Under the pieces are notes generated by a model. The model searched no databases and was not told where the DNA came from. It saw only the letters and a list, made by a program, of their open reading frames with translations. Of a DNA stretch of 64,000 nucleotides, positions 39,353-49,728 are shown one piece after another (the first letter of the stretch is position 1; the number at the start of each line of letters is the position of its first letter). The position numbers were made by a program, and so were the translations under genes. Source of the stretch: an uncultured delta proteobacterium (GTDB lineage Bacteria; Desulfobacterota; Syntrophobacteria; BM002); assembly GCA_963712115.1 (NCBI GenBank), contig CAVQGX010000027.1, positions 91,111-155,110 of the forward strand, read 5' to 3'.

Positions 39353-40170
39353 TTACTTCTTCCCCAGTTCCCTGGATCGTCTGAGTGGCCTGCCGCCACA
39401 GCTTCCATTAGCAGTCCCCGCATTCCACCGCTTTCCAAGACAGCCAAGCCATGAATGGTAGTGCCGCCAGGAGAGGTAATCTGGTCTTTAAGGGCAGCGA
39501 GGTGGCTGTCACTATTGGCCGCAAGTTTCGCAGCACCCATTGTGGTTTGCACCGCCAAATCCCGGGCAACCAGGCGAGATAAACCCATCAGAACACCAGC
39601 ATCAGTTAGAGCCTCCATGAACAGGTAAACATAGGCGGGACCGCTACCGCTCAAGCCGGTGACCGCATCCATGTGGGCTTCGTCTACTTCGACTACCAGG
39701 CCAACTGACTCAAAAAGCACTCTGGTCATGGCAATATGATCGCTATTTGCATGAGATCCGCCGGCAATGGCAGTAGCGCCGGTCAAGACCAGGGCAGGAG
39801 TATTGGGCATAACCCTGACCACAGGTACACCTTTACCGAGTCCCTGCTCGATAGCAGCAATGGTCACCCCAGCGGCAATGGAAATTACCAAGGGCAGGTG
39901 TCCGACCTGTGCATTTATTTCGGCTAGGACGTCCCCCATCTGTTGTGGTTTGACAGCGAGGATGATTACATCCGAGGCCCGGGCCACCTTGCCATTATCG
40001 GTAAAAGTCGACAACTGGTAAGTATCCTGGAGATAGTTGAGTCTATCCCGGCTTATGTCACTTACGGTTATCTGGCTGGTGTCAAAATGACCGGACTGCA
40101 ATAACCCTTTGATAAGGGCCTCACCCATATTCCCTCCGCCGATAAGTCCTATTTTCTTGGAGGCAACCAT
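39353..40170 (-). CDS. proC: Pyrroline-5-carboxylate reductase; two apparent 1-nt insertions near the 3' end
   Basis: GGGNMG, AVKPQ, RVMPNTP, LSGSGPAY, SPGGTT; removing bases at ~39390 and ~39380 restores AATQRSRELGKK-stop (271 aa). Confidence 0.93.
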
Positions 40171-40283
40171 AATAATCTCCCTCGTTTAGCAAGTAAAATC
40201 AGAGCTGAAGTTAAAGTTACACAAGTTTTCGGTACGAGAATTGCTAAGTAACTTATGCGGAGGTTACCGCTTTATAACCAGTA

Positions 40284-40377
40284 CTCATCCGAAAACGGCC
40301 GTTTTCAGATGAGAGCGATCAGTCCCGCCACGGCGGGACTGACAGCTCCATCCAGGAATCTCAGATTTCCGGATGGA
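40284..40377. repeat. Three consecutive hairpins (REP-like)
   Basis: CTCATCCGAAAACGGCCGTTTTCAGATGAG; TCAGTCCCGCCACGGCGGGACTGA; TCCATCCAGGAATCTCAGATTTCCGGATGGA. Confidence 0.7.
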
Positions 40378-40491
40378 CACCCAGACAATGACACGCCGGT
40401 TATTATCAGAGAAGGATTCAGAAATGTCAATGCGTCCGGATTAGTTAGAAAGAGCTCAAACGTTTATCTTCTTGAAAATAAGGTATTTTTC

Positions 40492-40520
40492 TTGACAGGA
40501 TGGGGAAATCAAGATATGTT
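40492..40520 (+). promoter_or_regulatory. sigma70 promoter of yggT-divIVA
   Basis: TTGACA-17 nt-TATGTT. Confidence 0.6.
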
Positions 40521-40555
40521 TTCTTGGCGAAAGGGTAGGCTGAAAGGAAAGATGA

Positions 40556-40858
40556 ATGTTTGTTCTGGGCAATCTGTTAGTAGCCCTGGCGAGTGTTATT
40601 GGCCTTGTTCTCAATCTCTACATGTGGATTATCATTGCCAGAGCAGTTATATCCTGGGTCAACCCGGATCCATACAATCCAATTGTCCGTTTTCTCTACA
40701 GTATTACCGATCCAGTTCTACTAGCCATAAGAAGACGTCTACCCCTGTCTTTTGGAGGTATTGATTTTTCGCCCATACTGGTGATTTTGGCCATCATATT
40801 TTTGCAAAGATTTCTGGTTGCTTCGCTTCATGATTTGGCTAGACAATTTGTCCACTGA
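40556..40858 (+). CDS. yggT: YggT family membrane protein
   Basis: ISWVNPDPYNP, ITDPVL, GIDFSP. Confidence 0.93.
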   Translation: MFVLGNLLVALASVIGLVLNLYMWIIIARAVISWVNPDPYNPIVRFLYSITDPVLLAIRRRLPLSFGGIDFSPILVILAIIFLQRFLVASLHDLARQFVH

Positions 40859-40909
40859 CAAGACGGTTAGTGGAGGTTGCTATAGATAGCACGAACACAG
40901 GAGACAACA

Positions 40910-41413
40910 ATGTTACTGAGCCCTCTCGAGATTCAGCAAAAACAGTTTCGCCCCAAATTTTTTAAGGGTCTGGATGCAAAGGACGTTGAGTCTTTCCTGC
41001 AAAAAGTTGCAGATCAAATGAGTGGCCTGCTGAAAGAGATCGATGAGTCAAAGCAGGATCTAGGAGAAAAGGAAAGGCAACTTGGCGAACACCGTGAGCG
41101 GGAACAAACCTTGAAAAACACTCTCATTAGTGCACAGAAGACCGTGGAGCAGATGAAGGTTAACGCCCAGAAAGAGGCAAAGCTTCTGGTCTCCGAAGCT
41201 GAGGTTAAGGCAGAGCGCATATTGAACAATGCCCATAACCGGTTAGCCCAGATTCACGAGGACATAGCTGAACTGAAGAGGCAACGGACCCAGTTTGAAT
41301 TAAAGATACGTGCCACCATTGAGACATACCAGAAAATGCTCGATATGCAGAAAGAGGAGGAAGCCGAGGCGGCGGATCTGGAAAGCAAATTGAAATTCTT
41401 TACTAAACCATAA
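40910..41413 (+). CDS. divIVA: DivIVA domain protein
   Basis: LSPLEIQQKQF..GLDAKDVESFL followed by a coiled coil. Confidence 0.92.
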   Translation: MLLSPLEIQQKQFRPKFFKGLDAKDVESFLQKVADQMSGLLKEIDESKQDLGEKERQLGEHREREQTLKNTLISAQKTVEQMKVNAQKEAKLLVSEAEVKAERILNNAHNRLAQIHEDIAELKRQRTQFELKIRATIETYQKMLDMQKEEEAEAADLESKLKFFTKP

Positions 41414-41559
41414 GGTAGTTATTCGGTTGTCTTCCCTCTAAACCAAAAAAATCAGGTTTTTCTCCCCATCTTCTAAAGTATGCCTGCCTGTTCAGACTAC
41501 CGGCTTGTCTTTATCCCCAACCTCAAAGGGCTGGCTTCGCCAACAAGGAGTCCTGTCTA

Positions 41560-42417
41560 ATGGAAATACTGCGAACAAATGCTGAGATGTCCGGGTGGCG
41601 AGACGAATGCTACCGAAAAGCACAAACCGTCGGTTTTGTCCCTACCATGGGGTACCTGCACCGGGGACACCTGGCTCTGGTGGAAGAGGCCTTGCGCCGG
41701 GCAGACCAGGTAGTTGTAAGCATATTTGTTAACCCAACCCAGTTTAGCCCGGGCGAAGATCTTGACCAGTATCCCCGCGATTTTGAGCGGGACCTTGATC
41801 TCTGCCGTGAGCTGGGGACACACGCTATCTTTGCCCCAGAAGTTGAAGAGATGTATCCGCCTGGATTTCAGACGCGGGTGTTGGTGGACCGCCTTACCCA
41901 GAACCTTTGCGGTCTTCACCGTCCGGGTCATTTTGATGGTGTTGCCCTGGTTGTCACCAAGCTGTTTTGTGCAATTCGCCCCCATCTGGCCGTCATGGGA
42001 GAAAAGGACTTCCAACAACTCGTGGTAGTCAAGAGGCTCAGTAAAGACCTGAACCTGGGAGTGGAGATTATCCCTCACCCCACTGTCCGTGAGTCGGACG
42101 GCTTGGCCATGAGCAGCCGCAACACCTACCTTTCGACTGAGGAAAGACAATCGGCTCTTTCTCTGTACCGTTCTCTCCTTGCTGCCCGTGAGATGGTGAA
42201 AGAGGGGGAGCGTCGAGTGGAGGTCTTGCTAGACAAAATTAAGGCGATGATTGAAGCTGGGCCACACTGCAAAATTCAGTACGTGCAAGTGGTGGACGAG
42301 GATACCGTGACCAACATAGCCGAAGTAACACCTAAGGCGGTAATGGCTATGGCTGTTTTTGTCGGCAAAGCGCGATTGATCGACAATATGCGTCTGTGGC
42401 CCGATGAGAAACAGTAG
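41560..42417 (+). CDS. panC: Pantoate--beta-alanine ligase
   Basis: VPTMGYLHRGH, SIFVNPTQF, GEKDFQQ, GLAMSSRN, RLIDN. Confidence 0.97.
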   Translation: MEILRTNAEMSGWRDECYRKAQTVGFVPTMGYLHRGHLALVEEALRRADQVVVSIFVNPTQFSPGEDLDQYPRDFERDLDLCRELGTHAIFAPEVEEMYPPGFQTRVLVDRLTQNLCGLHRPGHFDGVALVVTKLFCAIRPHLAVMGEKDFQQLVVVKRLSKDLNLGVEIIPHPTVRESDGLAMSSRNTYLSTEERQSALSLYRSLLAAREMVKEGERRVEVLLDKIKAMIEAGPHCKIQYVQVVDEDTVTNIAEVTPKAVMAMAVFVGKARLIDNMRLWPDEKQ

Positions 42418-42465
42418 GCACCATGCACTAGGGACTAAGCACTACTGAGGCTCAATCCAGTTTGG

Positions 42466-42670
42466 GTCATTTGGCTTCGCCGTCAATAGGGCTGACGCCC
42501 GTCATTAAGTTGTTTCAACGCCACAAAGACAGCTAACCAAGAAAGTAAGAATAGCGTAGTAACCTGTTAAGCACAAATGACGCCGAAGGCATAATGACAG
42601 CGTAGCGTGGTGACGGCCACTTTCAGTGGCCAAATGACTATGAATGATAACGAAGCGCAAATGCGCGAAG
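42466..42670. repeat. Multi-hairpin repeat family C, copy 2
   Basis: GTCATTTGGCTTCGCCGTCAATAGGGCTGACGCCCGTCATTAAGTTGTTTCAACGCCACAA; colinear with 51560-51775. Confidence 0.85.
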
Positions 42671-42720
42671 TGTTATGACTTGTTGGTGCCTAGTGGCAAA
42701 GATCCGTGCGTCTCCTACCC

Positions 42721-43035
42721 ATGAGAAAGCAACCAGGGTCGACTGTGTCTACGTATGTATGTGACAGTGAAAAGGGGGTAGTCCTCAGGGTGCAGGTTCA
42801 AACCCGGGCATCTCGGGACGAGGTGGTGGGACCCCACGGCGACCTTCTCAAGGTACGAATAACTGCAGCTCCAGTGGCGGGGGCGGCGAACAAGCATTTG
42901 CTCAAATTTCTCGCTAAGAAACTCAAGATTCCTCAGAGTCAATTGTCACTCAAATCGGGTGCCACATCCCGGGCCAAAAGCATTGCAATTGAGGGCATTT
43001 CGGCAGATGAGGTGCGGCAGCGGCTCAGAACGTAA
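42721..43035 (+). CDS. yggU: DUF167/YggU family protein
   Basis: VQVQTRAS, LKVRITAAPVAGAAN, SGATSRAK; start uncertain. Confidence 0.88.
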   Translation: MRKQPGSTVSTYVCDSEKGVVLRVQVQTRASRDEVVGPHGDLLKVRITAAPVAGAANKHLLKFLAKKLKIPQSQLSLKSGATSRAKSIAIEGISADEVRQRLRT

Positions 43036-43147
43036 AAATTGAGGAAATCTTAAATCCGCAATCCGCAATCCGAAATCCCCAAGCTGTTTCTTCCTTGTTC
43101 TCCCCTCCGCTTTGTGGTAATAGGTCCAGGAGCAGGAGAAACCAACC

Positions 43148-43300
43148 ATGCGAGACAAAAGGGAAGCCGTCCAGGTCAAATGTCCCAAATGTAAGCGAAC
43201 GCAAATAGTTTACATCCCAGAAGAAGATATTCCCAAATGTCCAGATTGCAAGATCCAGATGAACATCGAGGAGCTTCTGGACGAGGGAAAGTCGTATTAA
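43148..43300 (+). CDS. 50-aa double-CxxC protein (not in ORF track)
   Basis: RBS AGGAGA; MRDKREAVQVKCPKCKRTQIVYIPEEDIPKCPDCKIQMNIEELLDEGKSY. Confidence 0.8.
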   Translation: MRDKREAVQVKCPKCKRTQIVYIPEEDIPKCPDCKIQMNIEELLDEGKSY

Positions 43301-43377
43301 TCAAGTTGGCAACAGAGGTGGGAGGAGAGATCCAACTGCCCCGGTTTCCGAACCATCAGACAAAGGAGGAGGCTCAT

Positions 43378-44208
43378 ATGAAAAGATTTATGATTGTTGT
43401 GGCGATTCTTGCGGGATTTTTCCTATGTTTTTCTCAGGTACAGGTGTTGGCGGCCGATATTGATCTGGCAAAGAAGTCTACCCTGGAGACCATTCTCAAA
43501 CGGGGTGAGCTTCGGGTTGGTTTTGAGTCGGGCTACATGCCCTTCGAAATGACAGACAAAAAGGGTAACTTTGTCGGGTTCGACATTGACATGGCAAAAG
43601 AGATGGCCAAAGCCATGGGTGTCAAGTTTGTCCCGGTAAACACTGCCTGGGATGGGATCATTCCTGCTCTAACCACCAATAAGTTTGACATTATCATGAG
43701 CGGCATGACCATTACCCAGGAACGCAACCTGAAGATCAACTTCGTCGACCCTTACATTATCGTGGGGCAGGCCATCCTGCTGCCCAAAAAACACCTTGGC
43801 ATAGTGAACTCTTACAAAGATTTGAACAACAAGAAGTACACTGTGACCTCCAAGCTCGGGACCACGGGTGAGATGGCGGTGAAACGGCTAATACCCAAAG
43901 CCAACTACAAATCTTTCGAGACCGAGCCTGAAGCCGCTTTAGAGGTGGTCAATGGCAAGGCGGACGCTTTCGTCTACGACCTGCCGTACTGCGTGGTGTT
44001 CAATGCCCAGCAAGGCGCAGGCAAGCTGGTATTTCTGGACAAGCCCTTCACCTTTGAGCCGTTGGCCTGGGCAATCAACAAAGGTGATCCGGACTTCTTG
44101 AACTGGCTGAACAACTTCCTCAGGCAGGTGAAGAACGACGGTCGTTACGAGCAGATATACAACAAGTGGATCAAAGGTACAGACTGGATCAAGGATGTCC
44201 AGGAGTAG
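43378..44208 (+). CDS. Polar amino-acid ABC transporter substrate-binding protein
   Basis: RBS AAGGAGG; signal peptide; GFDID, WDGIIPAL, SGMTIT.ER. Confidence 0.95.
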   Translation: MKRFMIVVAILAGFFLCFSQVQVLAADIDLAKKSTLETILKRGELRVGFESGYMPFEMTDKKGNFVGFDIDMAKEMAKAMGVKFVPVNTAWDGIIPALTTNKFDIIMSGMTITQERNLKINFVDPYIIVGQAILLPKKHLGIVNSYKDLNNKKYTVTSKLGTTGEMAVKRLIPKANYKSFETEPEAALEVVNGKADAFVYDLPYCVVFNAQQGAGKLVFLDKPFTFEPLAWAINKGDPDFLNWLNNFLRQVKNDGRYEQIYNKWIKGTDWIKDVQE

Positions 44209-44261
44209 GTTGGCGGCAAAATTAGAGAGTGAGATTGTTTTGTAACTAAATCCATCGACAC

Positions 44262-44303
44262 GGGGGGCGGCGGTCAATGTCTGACTGCCGAGCCCCGCTT
44301 TTG
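44262..44303 (+). terminator. Hairpin plus T tract between the binding-protein and permease genes
   Basis: GGGGCGGCGGTCA...TGACTGCCGAGCCCCGCTTTTG. Confidence 0.5.
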
Positions 44304-44419
44304 TCGAGGTGGCCTTCCGATGGCAATCCCATGTTGAGCCACTCAACCACTATGTTGATTGATCAGGAATTGGTGTCGAAGCACCTGGCGGAAGAAAATT
44401 TACCCAGGAAAGAAGACCA

Positions 44420-45439
44420 GTGGCCCAGGACAATTTTTCCATAACTGATTATCTCCGAACCAAGGGATGGCGCCATATTTCCGTCATCCTGTTTTTTGTG
44501 ATGGTGGGGGTAGTGGTTGGCGGGATTTACTTTGCCACTCAGAAGGTTGAGTATGTGTGGCGCTGGTACCGGGTACCACAGTACTTTTACTATAAAGATA
44601 CTGTGGAGACCAGGGCGGATATCGAAGGCGAGGTAGCCTCCCTGATCCGCAAGGGTGACCAGGTGGAGGTCACTGTCCGTGGTGAGGACGAGGTAGAGCG
44701 ATATCAGGTTCCGGCGGAATCGGTAAGAGTGGCTGAGGGGGATTTTATCTATCCTGGCGATGTTCTGGGGTCCTACCAGAAATGGAAGGTGGGCATTCTT
44801 CTCCAGGGACTCTGGCTCACTCTAGAGGTCAGTATACTTGCTGTCTTCCTGGGAATTATAATAGGCCTCTTTACAGGTCTGGCCAGAATTTCCAAGAATC
44901 CTGCTCTCAGGTGGACAGCGATTACCTACATCGAACTAATAAGGGGTTCACCTCTTCTTGTCCAGATTTTTATCTGGTATTTCGTCCTGGGGACCATGTT
45001 CAACACCCTAATGGCCAAACAGGGTATGGGACAACTTTCGCCCCTCTGGTACGGTGTGGCAGCCCTGGCAGTGTTCGCCGGGGCATACGTGGCGGAAATT
45101 GTCCGAGCCGGCATCCAGTCCATTCACCGGGGGCAGATGGAAGCGGCACGTTCTCTTGGGATGACCTATCCCCAGTCTATGCGCCACATTATCCTCCCAC
45201 AGGCATTCCGGCGGATTCTGCCGCCATTAGCAGGTCAGTTCATCAGCCTGATCAAAGACTCGTCACTTTTGGGAATAATTGCCGTTCGTGAGCTAACCAA
45301 GGCAACCAGGGAAGTGGTCACCACCAGCTTGCAGCCCTTTGAGCTCTGGTTCATCTGCGCTTTGCTCTACCTGGTGCTGACCTTTGCCCTGTCCATGTTC
45401 GTCCAATATCTGGAAAGGAGGACTGCCATAGGTGGTTAG
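44420..45439 (+). CDS. Amino-acid ABC transporter permease with an extra periplasmic insert
   Basis: [40 protein letters not shown]. Confidence 0.95.
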   Translation: MAQDNFSITDYLRTKGWRHISVILFFVMVGVVVGGIYFATQKVEYVWRWYRVPQYFYYKDTVETRADIEGEVASLIRKGDQVEVTVRGEDEVERYQVPAESVRVAEGDFIYPGDVLGSYQKWKVGILLQGLWLTLEVSILAVFLGIIIGLFTGLARISKNPALRWTAITYIELIRGSPLLVQIFIWYFVLGTMFNTLMAKQGMGQLSPLWYGVAALAVFAGAYVAEIVRAGIQSIHRGQMEAARSLGMTYPQSMRHIILPQAFRRILPPLAGQFISLIKDSSLLGIIAVRELTKATREVVTTSLQPFELWFICALLYLVLTFALSMFVQYLERRTAIGG

Positions 45440-46163
45440 GACGCAAAACGTTTACAAGACCTTCTATACCACCCACAAGGTTGAGGCCCTGGTCGATGTT
45501 TCATGCCAGATTGATAAGGGTGAGGTGGTGGTGATTATCGGCCCCTCGGGGTCAGGAAAGAGCACATTGCTGCGCTGCCTGAATATGCTGGAGAAGGCTG
45601 ACAAAGGCCATATCTACATAGACGGGGTTGATATTCTCGATCCCAAGACCAACATCAACAAGGTCAGGACGGAAATGGGTATGGTCTTTCAGTCCTTCAA
45701 CCTCTTTGCTCACAAGACGGCTATGGGAAACTTAACCCTGGCCCAGACAGTAGTGCGGAAACGCTCCAAAAACGAGGCGGAAGATAAGGCTATGGCCCTG
45801 TTAAAAAAGGTAGGCATCCCAGAAAAAGCAGACTCCTATCCGGACAACCTTTCCGGTGGGCAGCAGCAGCGGGTTGCCATCGCTAGGGCCTTGGCAATGG
45901 ACCCCAAGGTTATGCTCTTTGACGAACCTACCTCAGCCCTCGATCCTGAAATGATCGGGGAGGTCTTGGACGTGATGAAGACTCTGGCCAGGGAAGGGAT
46001 GACCATGGTGGTGGTAACCCATGAGATGGGTTTTGCCAGGGAGGTTGCCGATCAGGTAATTTTTATGGACGAGGGCAAAATTGTTGAGGTGGGCACACCG
46101 GAGCACTTCTTTCAAGATCCAACCCACGACCGAACGAAGCTATTCCTGAGTCAAATCCTTTAG
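45432..46163 (+). CDS. Amino-acid ABC transporter ATP-binding protein (GlnQ-like)
   Basis: [35 protein letters not shown]. Confidence 0.96.
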   Translation: MVRTQNVYKTFYTTHKVEALVDVSCQIDKGEVVVIIGPSGSGKSTLLRCLNMLEKADKGHIYIDGVDILDPKTNINKVRTEMGMVFQSFNLFAHKTAMGNLTLAQTVVRKRSKNEAEDKAMALLKKVGIPEKADSYPDNLSGGQQQRVAIARALAMDPKVMLFDEPTSALDPEMIGEVLDVMKTLAREGMTMVVVTHEMGFAREVADQVIFMDEGKIVEVGTPEHFFQDPTHDRTKLFLSQIL

Positions 46164-46189
46164 ATTGCTGATTGCGGATCTCGGATTTC

Positions 46190-46460
46190 GGATTGCGGAT
46201 TTGAAAAGGCATAGGGCATAGAGCATGGGGCATAGGGGAAGAAGCCAAAATTCAGAATCCCGAATTCAGTAGAAAAGCAATCAAGATTGACTTCATCTGA
46301 GCTACCGCCTCTTTGAACCGCAGAATGTCGAACAAGGAATTTCGAATATCGAAGTGATCACTTCATTATTCTGCGGTTCCTTGTTCTGCTGTTCGATATT
46401 CAGTACTTTGAATCATCTGCCCTCTGTCGTCTGTCCTCTGACCTCTCACCCATTGCGCTC
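46190..46460. repeat. Left arm of a ~270-bp near-perfect inverted repeat
   Basis: Reverse complement of 49302-49571; only one 1-nt indel seen. Confidence 0.92.
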
Positions 46461-46484
46461 TGCGCTTGGCGCTATGCGGCTGGA

Positions 46485-47513
46485 TCAGTTTATAAACACC
46501 TGTTGGTATTCATTCATTGATTCCATCACCTTACCGGCGCCGCGGGTTACCGTGGTCAGGGGATCTTGTTCTACATTCACTGGAAGCTTAAGCATGTCAG
46601 CAAGCAAGGTGTCTAAGCCTCTAAGAAGAGCGCCGCCTCCCGCCAGCCAAACACCGCTGTGAGTAATGTCCGATGCCAGTTCTGGCGGCGTCTTTTCGAA
46701 AGTTCGCTTGATACTCTCGATGATGACGTTAACCGGTTCGGTCAAAGCCCTTCTGATTTCGTCGTCGCTCATCTTGAAGGATCTCGGTATACCTGTGAGT
46801 ATCTCCTTGCCTGCCACATGGGTGGTCAAGGTCTGAGGCAGTGGACAGGCAGAGCCGATTTCCAGTTTGACCCTCTCCGCCTCATTTTCGCCGATGGCGA
46901 TTTGGTGGTGGTTCTGTACGTAACGAATTATGGCTTCGTTGGCTTCGTCGCCGGCAACTCGCACTGATTCAGAGTAGGCCACAGCAGAAAGGGAAATAAC
47001 CGCCACCTCTGTTGTGCCGCCACCTATATCCACTATCATGTTGCCCACGGGCTTGTGGATGGGAAGGCCCGTGCCAATGGCAGCCGCCATGGGTTCCTCA
47101 ATAAGGTTAACCTGGCGCGCTCCTGCTTGTTCTGCCGAGTCAATGACCGCTCGTTTTTCCACCTGGGTAATGCCTGTAGGTACTGCGACTATTAGCCTTG
47201 GGCGAAAGAGAGTGGCTCTCTTTCTGACCTTTCTGAGAAAATACTTGATCATAACACTGGTAACTTCGAAATCGGCGATTACCCCGTCTTTCATGGGGCG
47301 AATTGCAACGATTTTCTGAGGAGTGCGACCGAGGTACTCTTTGGCCTCGCGTCCCACTGCGACAACCTTACCCGTATCTCGACTCAAGGCTACCACCGAT
47401 GGTTCATTAAGCACGATTCCCTCACCTTTCAGGTAAATGAGGGTGTTGGCAGTGCCAAGGTCCATTGCCATATCTTTAGCGAAGAGTCCAGCAATTCCGT
47501 CCAGCAATCTCAT
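46485..47513 (-). CDS. mreB: MreB-family actin homolog (no mreC/mreD adjacent)
   Basis: DLGTANT, PMKDGVIADF, EEPMAAAIG, DIGGGTTE, GGGALL. Confidence 0.93.
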   Translation of the reverse strand: MRLLDGIAGLFAKDMAMDLGTANTLIYLKGEGIVLNEPSVVALSRDTGKVVAVGREAKEYLGRTPQKIVAIRPMKDGVIADFEVTSVMIKYFLRKVRKRATLFRPRLIVAVPTGITQVEKRAVIDSAEQAGARQVNLIEEPMAAAIGTGLPIHKPVGNMIVDIGGGTTEVAVISLSAVAYSESVRVAGDEANEAIIRYVQNHHQIAIGENEAERVKLEIGSACPLPQTLTTHVAGKEILTGIPRSFKMSDDEIRRALTEPVNVIIESIKRTFEKTPPELASDITHSGVWLAGGGALLRGLDTLLADMLKLPVNVEQDPLTTVTRGAGKVMESMNEYQQVFIN

Positions 47514-47554
47514 AAGTCTCCTACTAGCTAGTTTCCATCTAGAGTTAAAATAAT

Positions 47555-47579
47555 TTCCTCCCCCATCAAGGGGGAGGAA
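47555..47579. repeat. Short GC hairpin between the GAF gene and mreB
   Basis: TTCCTCCCCC-ATCAA-GGGGGAGGAA. Confidence 0.55.
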
Positions 47580-47652
47580 TATAGTGAGGTGCTTACAAGT
47601 TTATTTTAAGCAAATCTCATTTCTACTGAGCCAAATCCCTCCACACTTGCAA

Positions 47653-49107
47653 TCATGCAGATCTCATCTTGGTGCTGCTAACTGAAGCATTGGATGTTTG
47701 ATCCGCTAAAGCTTGGAAGCCCATGGTCCAGAGTTCACCTGCAGAGGCCGCATCTCTAGGAAAGATGGCAAAACCAAAGGAAGCCTCCAAGCGGGGGTCA
47801 TCACCCAAGGGTGCCAGCACCTCCTTATCTAGGGCAGCAGAAATCGCCAGGAGTTGATCACGGATTTCTCTCTCACCGTCATCTTCAAATAACACGGCGA
47901 AACAAGATTGATCGAGACATCCCATGAGCTGTTTTCGCCTGAGTCGCTGGAGCAAGGTTGAGGCAATACGCTGGCGGAGTGCAGCCAGGTCTGGTAGAGC
48001 CACTCGAGTACTTAAAGCCTCAAACTCTTGGATGGCAATAATGCCTAGGGCAAGGCTCGTGCCCCTTTCCCGACAACGTTCTAGTCGTTTCTTGAGAACT
48101 CGATCAAATGCCTCAGTGTTGCAAACTTCGGTGATTGGATCTAAATTCCGAACCAAGGCTAATTCCCGTTTAAGGGTAAAGTTCTGTAGAACCAGGGAAG
48201 CTCGCCTTACCACGGCAGTAACCGCAGCAATCTCTTCTTTGCCCCAATTGGCTTCAGCACGGCTGATAAAGGCCATAACGCCGCCGACTTCCTCCGCTTC
48301 CCAGGCAAGGGGCATACCAATCAAACCACCTATGCTGCCGATACCGTCTCGCGGACCAAAAAGAAAGGGAATGCGATTAGGGGAGCGAAATTTAGGGATA
48401 GTGAGGGACTTACGGTTCTGATAGATCCATCCCATGATTCCTTGATCGACTGGATAAGCATTTCTGAGTAGTGTTGCTGGCAAACTGCCGGAGGCGGCCA
48501 CTAGTTGCAGAGATTCACCGTCTTTGATTGGGACGGCAACCAGGCCAGCATCGGCCTGCAAATATGGACAGACAGAATCCAGCAAACGGGTTAGATATGG
48601 AGCCGGATCGTCCGTATCAGCGGGCAGGGCATCTGCCCGGCGCCACAAGGTCAAGAGCTGACGCTGACGCAGGTGGTGCATACTGTCGCGCTCAGCACCG
48701 AGGGCGTTTCCCGCAACGGTTGCAAAGCCTGAAAGGAGTTTTTGGTCTTTATTTGAAAAGACATACTGGCGTTTACTGTCCACGCAAATAACGCCTCTAT
48801 GACCAGCCAGAGGGATAGCCAGGAAAGATTTGATATTCTCGTCACTCCCGTAGTAGGGGAGGATCCTGGAGTCGCGGTCGAAATGATCGACGGTAAGTGG
48901 CTGGTTGTTTTTGGCTACCCATCCTATCAGGCCGCCATCCTCAAGGGAGAATTGCACCTTGGGGATAACGTGTTTGCTTAGACTATGAAAGGCCCTAAGG
49001 GTAAAGAGCTTGCTACGGTCGTCCCAGATAAACACGGCTGCCGTGTATGCGTCCAAACAGTTACTCAACAAAACTGTGATGTCGTCGAGTTGGCGATCAA
49101 CTGACAT
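47653..49107 (-). CDS. GAF-GAF protein with a degenerate GGDEF-like C-terminal domain
   Basis: GLIGWVAKN and GIMGWIYQN GAF motifs; LDPITEVCN..F, ASFGFAIFPRDA; GGDEF replaced by LDQSC. Confidence 0.8.
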   Translation of the reverse strand: MSVDRQLDDITVLLSNCLDAYTAAVFIWDDRSKLFTLRAFHSLSKHVIPKVQFSLEDGGLIGWVAKNNQPLTVDHFDRDSRILPYYGSDENIKSFLAIPLAGHRGVICVDSKRQYVFSNKDQKLLSGFATVAGNALGAERDSMHHLRQRQLLTLWRRADALPADTDDPAPYLTRLLDSVCPYLQADAGLVAVPIKDGESLQLVAASGSLPATLLRNAYPVDQGIMGWIYQNRKSLTIPKFRSPNRIPFLFGPRDGIGSIGGLIGMPLAWEAEEVGGVMAFISRAEANWGKEEIAAVTAVVRRASLVLQNFTLKRELALVRNLDPITEVCNTEAFDRVLKKRLERCRERGTSLALGIIAIQEFEALSTRVALPDLAALRQRIASTLLQRLRRKQLMGCLDQSCFAVLFEDDGEREIRDQLLAISAALDKEVLAPLGDDPRLEASFGFAIFPRDAASAGELWTMGFQALADQTSNASVSSTKMRSA

Positions 49108-49244
49108 ATCGACCTATAGGCGGGACAAAGAAGGATATAAAAGAAGCACACTCGGCAGCCACAGCAAATAGCACCGTTGTCTGACTCAAGCTGACCGAGA
49201 ATAGTAATTGTTACCAGATGTTATCTCGTCAAAGTTCGGGTCCA

Positions 49245-49273
49245 TGAATAGCCTATTTAACAAGCTGTGTCAA
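49245..49273 (-). promoter_or_regulatory. sigma70 promoter of the GAF-mreB operon
   Basis: TTGACA-17 nt-TATTCA on the minus strand. Confidence 0.5.
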
Positions 49274-49301
49274 CCACTAATAGCTCGCTTTGCTCGCCGC
49301 G

Positions 49302-49571
49302 GAGCGCAATGGTGAGAGGTCAGAGGACAGACGACAGAGGGCAGATGATTCAAAGTACTGAATATCGAACAGCAGAACAAGGAACCGCAGAATAATGAAG
49401 TGATCACTTCGATATTCGAAATTCCTTGTTCGACATTCTGCGGTTCAAAGAGGCGGTAGCTCAGATGAAGTCAATCTTGATTGCTTTTCTACTGAATTCG
49501 GGATTCTGAATTTTGGCTTCTTCCCCTATGCCCCATGCTCTATGCCCTATGCCTTTTCAAATCCGCAATCC
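49302..49571. repeat. Right arm of the ~270-bp inverted repeat
   Basis: Reverse complement of 46190-46460; followed by the hairpin CCCGCCCGCC...GGCGGGCGGG inside AATCCGC heptamers. Confidence 0.92.
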
Positions 49572-49728
49572 CCGCCCGCCATGCGAGCAAGGCGAGGCGG
49601 GCGGGCACAATCCGCAATCCGAAATGATCTAGCCTGACACTTCAACACTCCAATTTGACCTTTGTGACGGTTGTCAAATCCTACTAAATAAGATTAGGAT
49701 AGGAGGGTGGTGACCAAAGGAGGATTGA

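Noticed and set aside
39353-39395. Programmed frameshifting in proC or merR
   Set aside because: No slippery site seen; two separate indels per gene fit sequence error better
43237-43377. N-terminal extension of the ABC binding protein
   Set aside because: The real start is 43378 (RBS, signal peptide); the extension overlaps the double-CxxC gene
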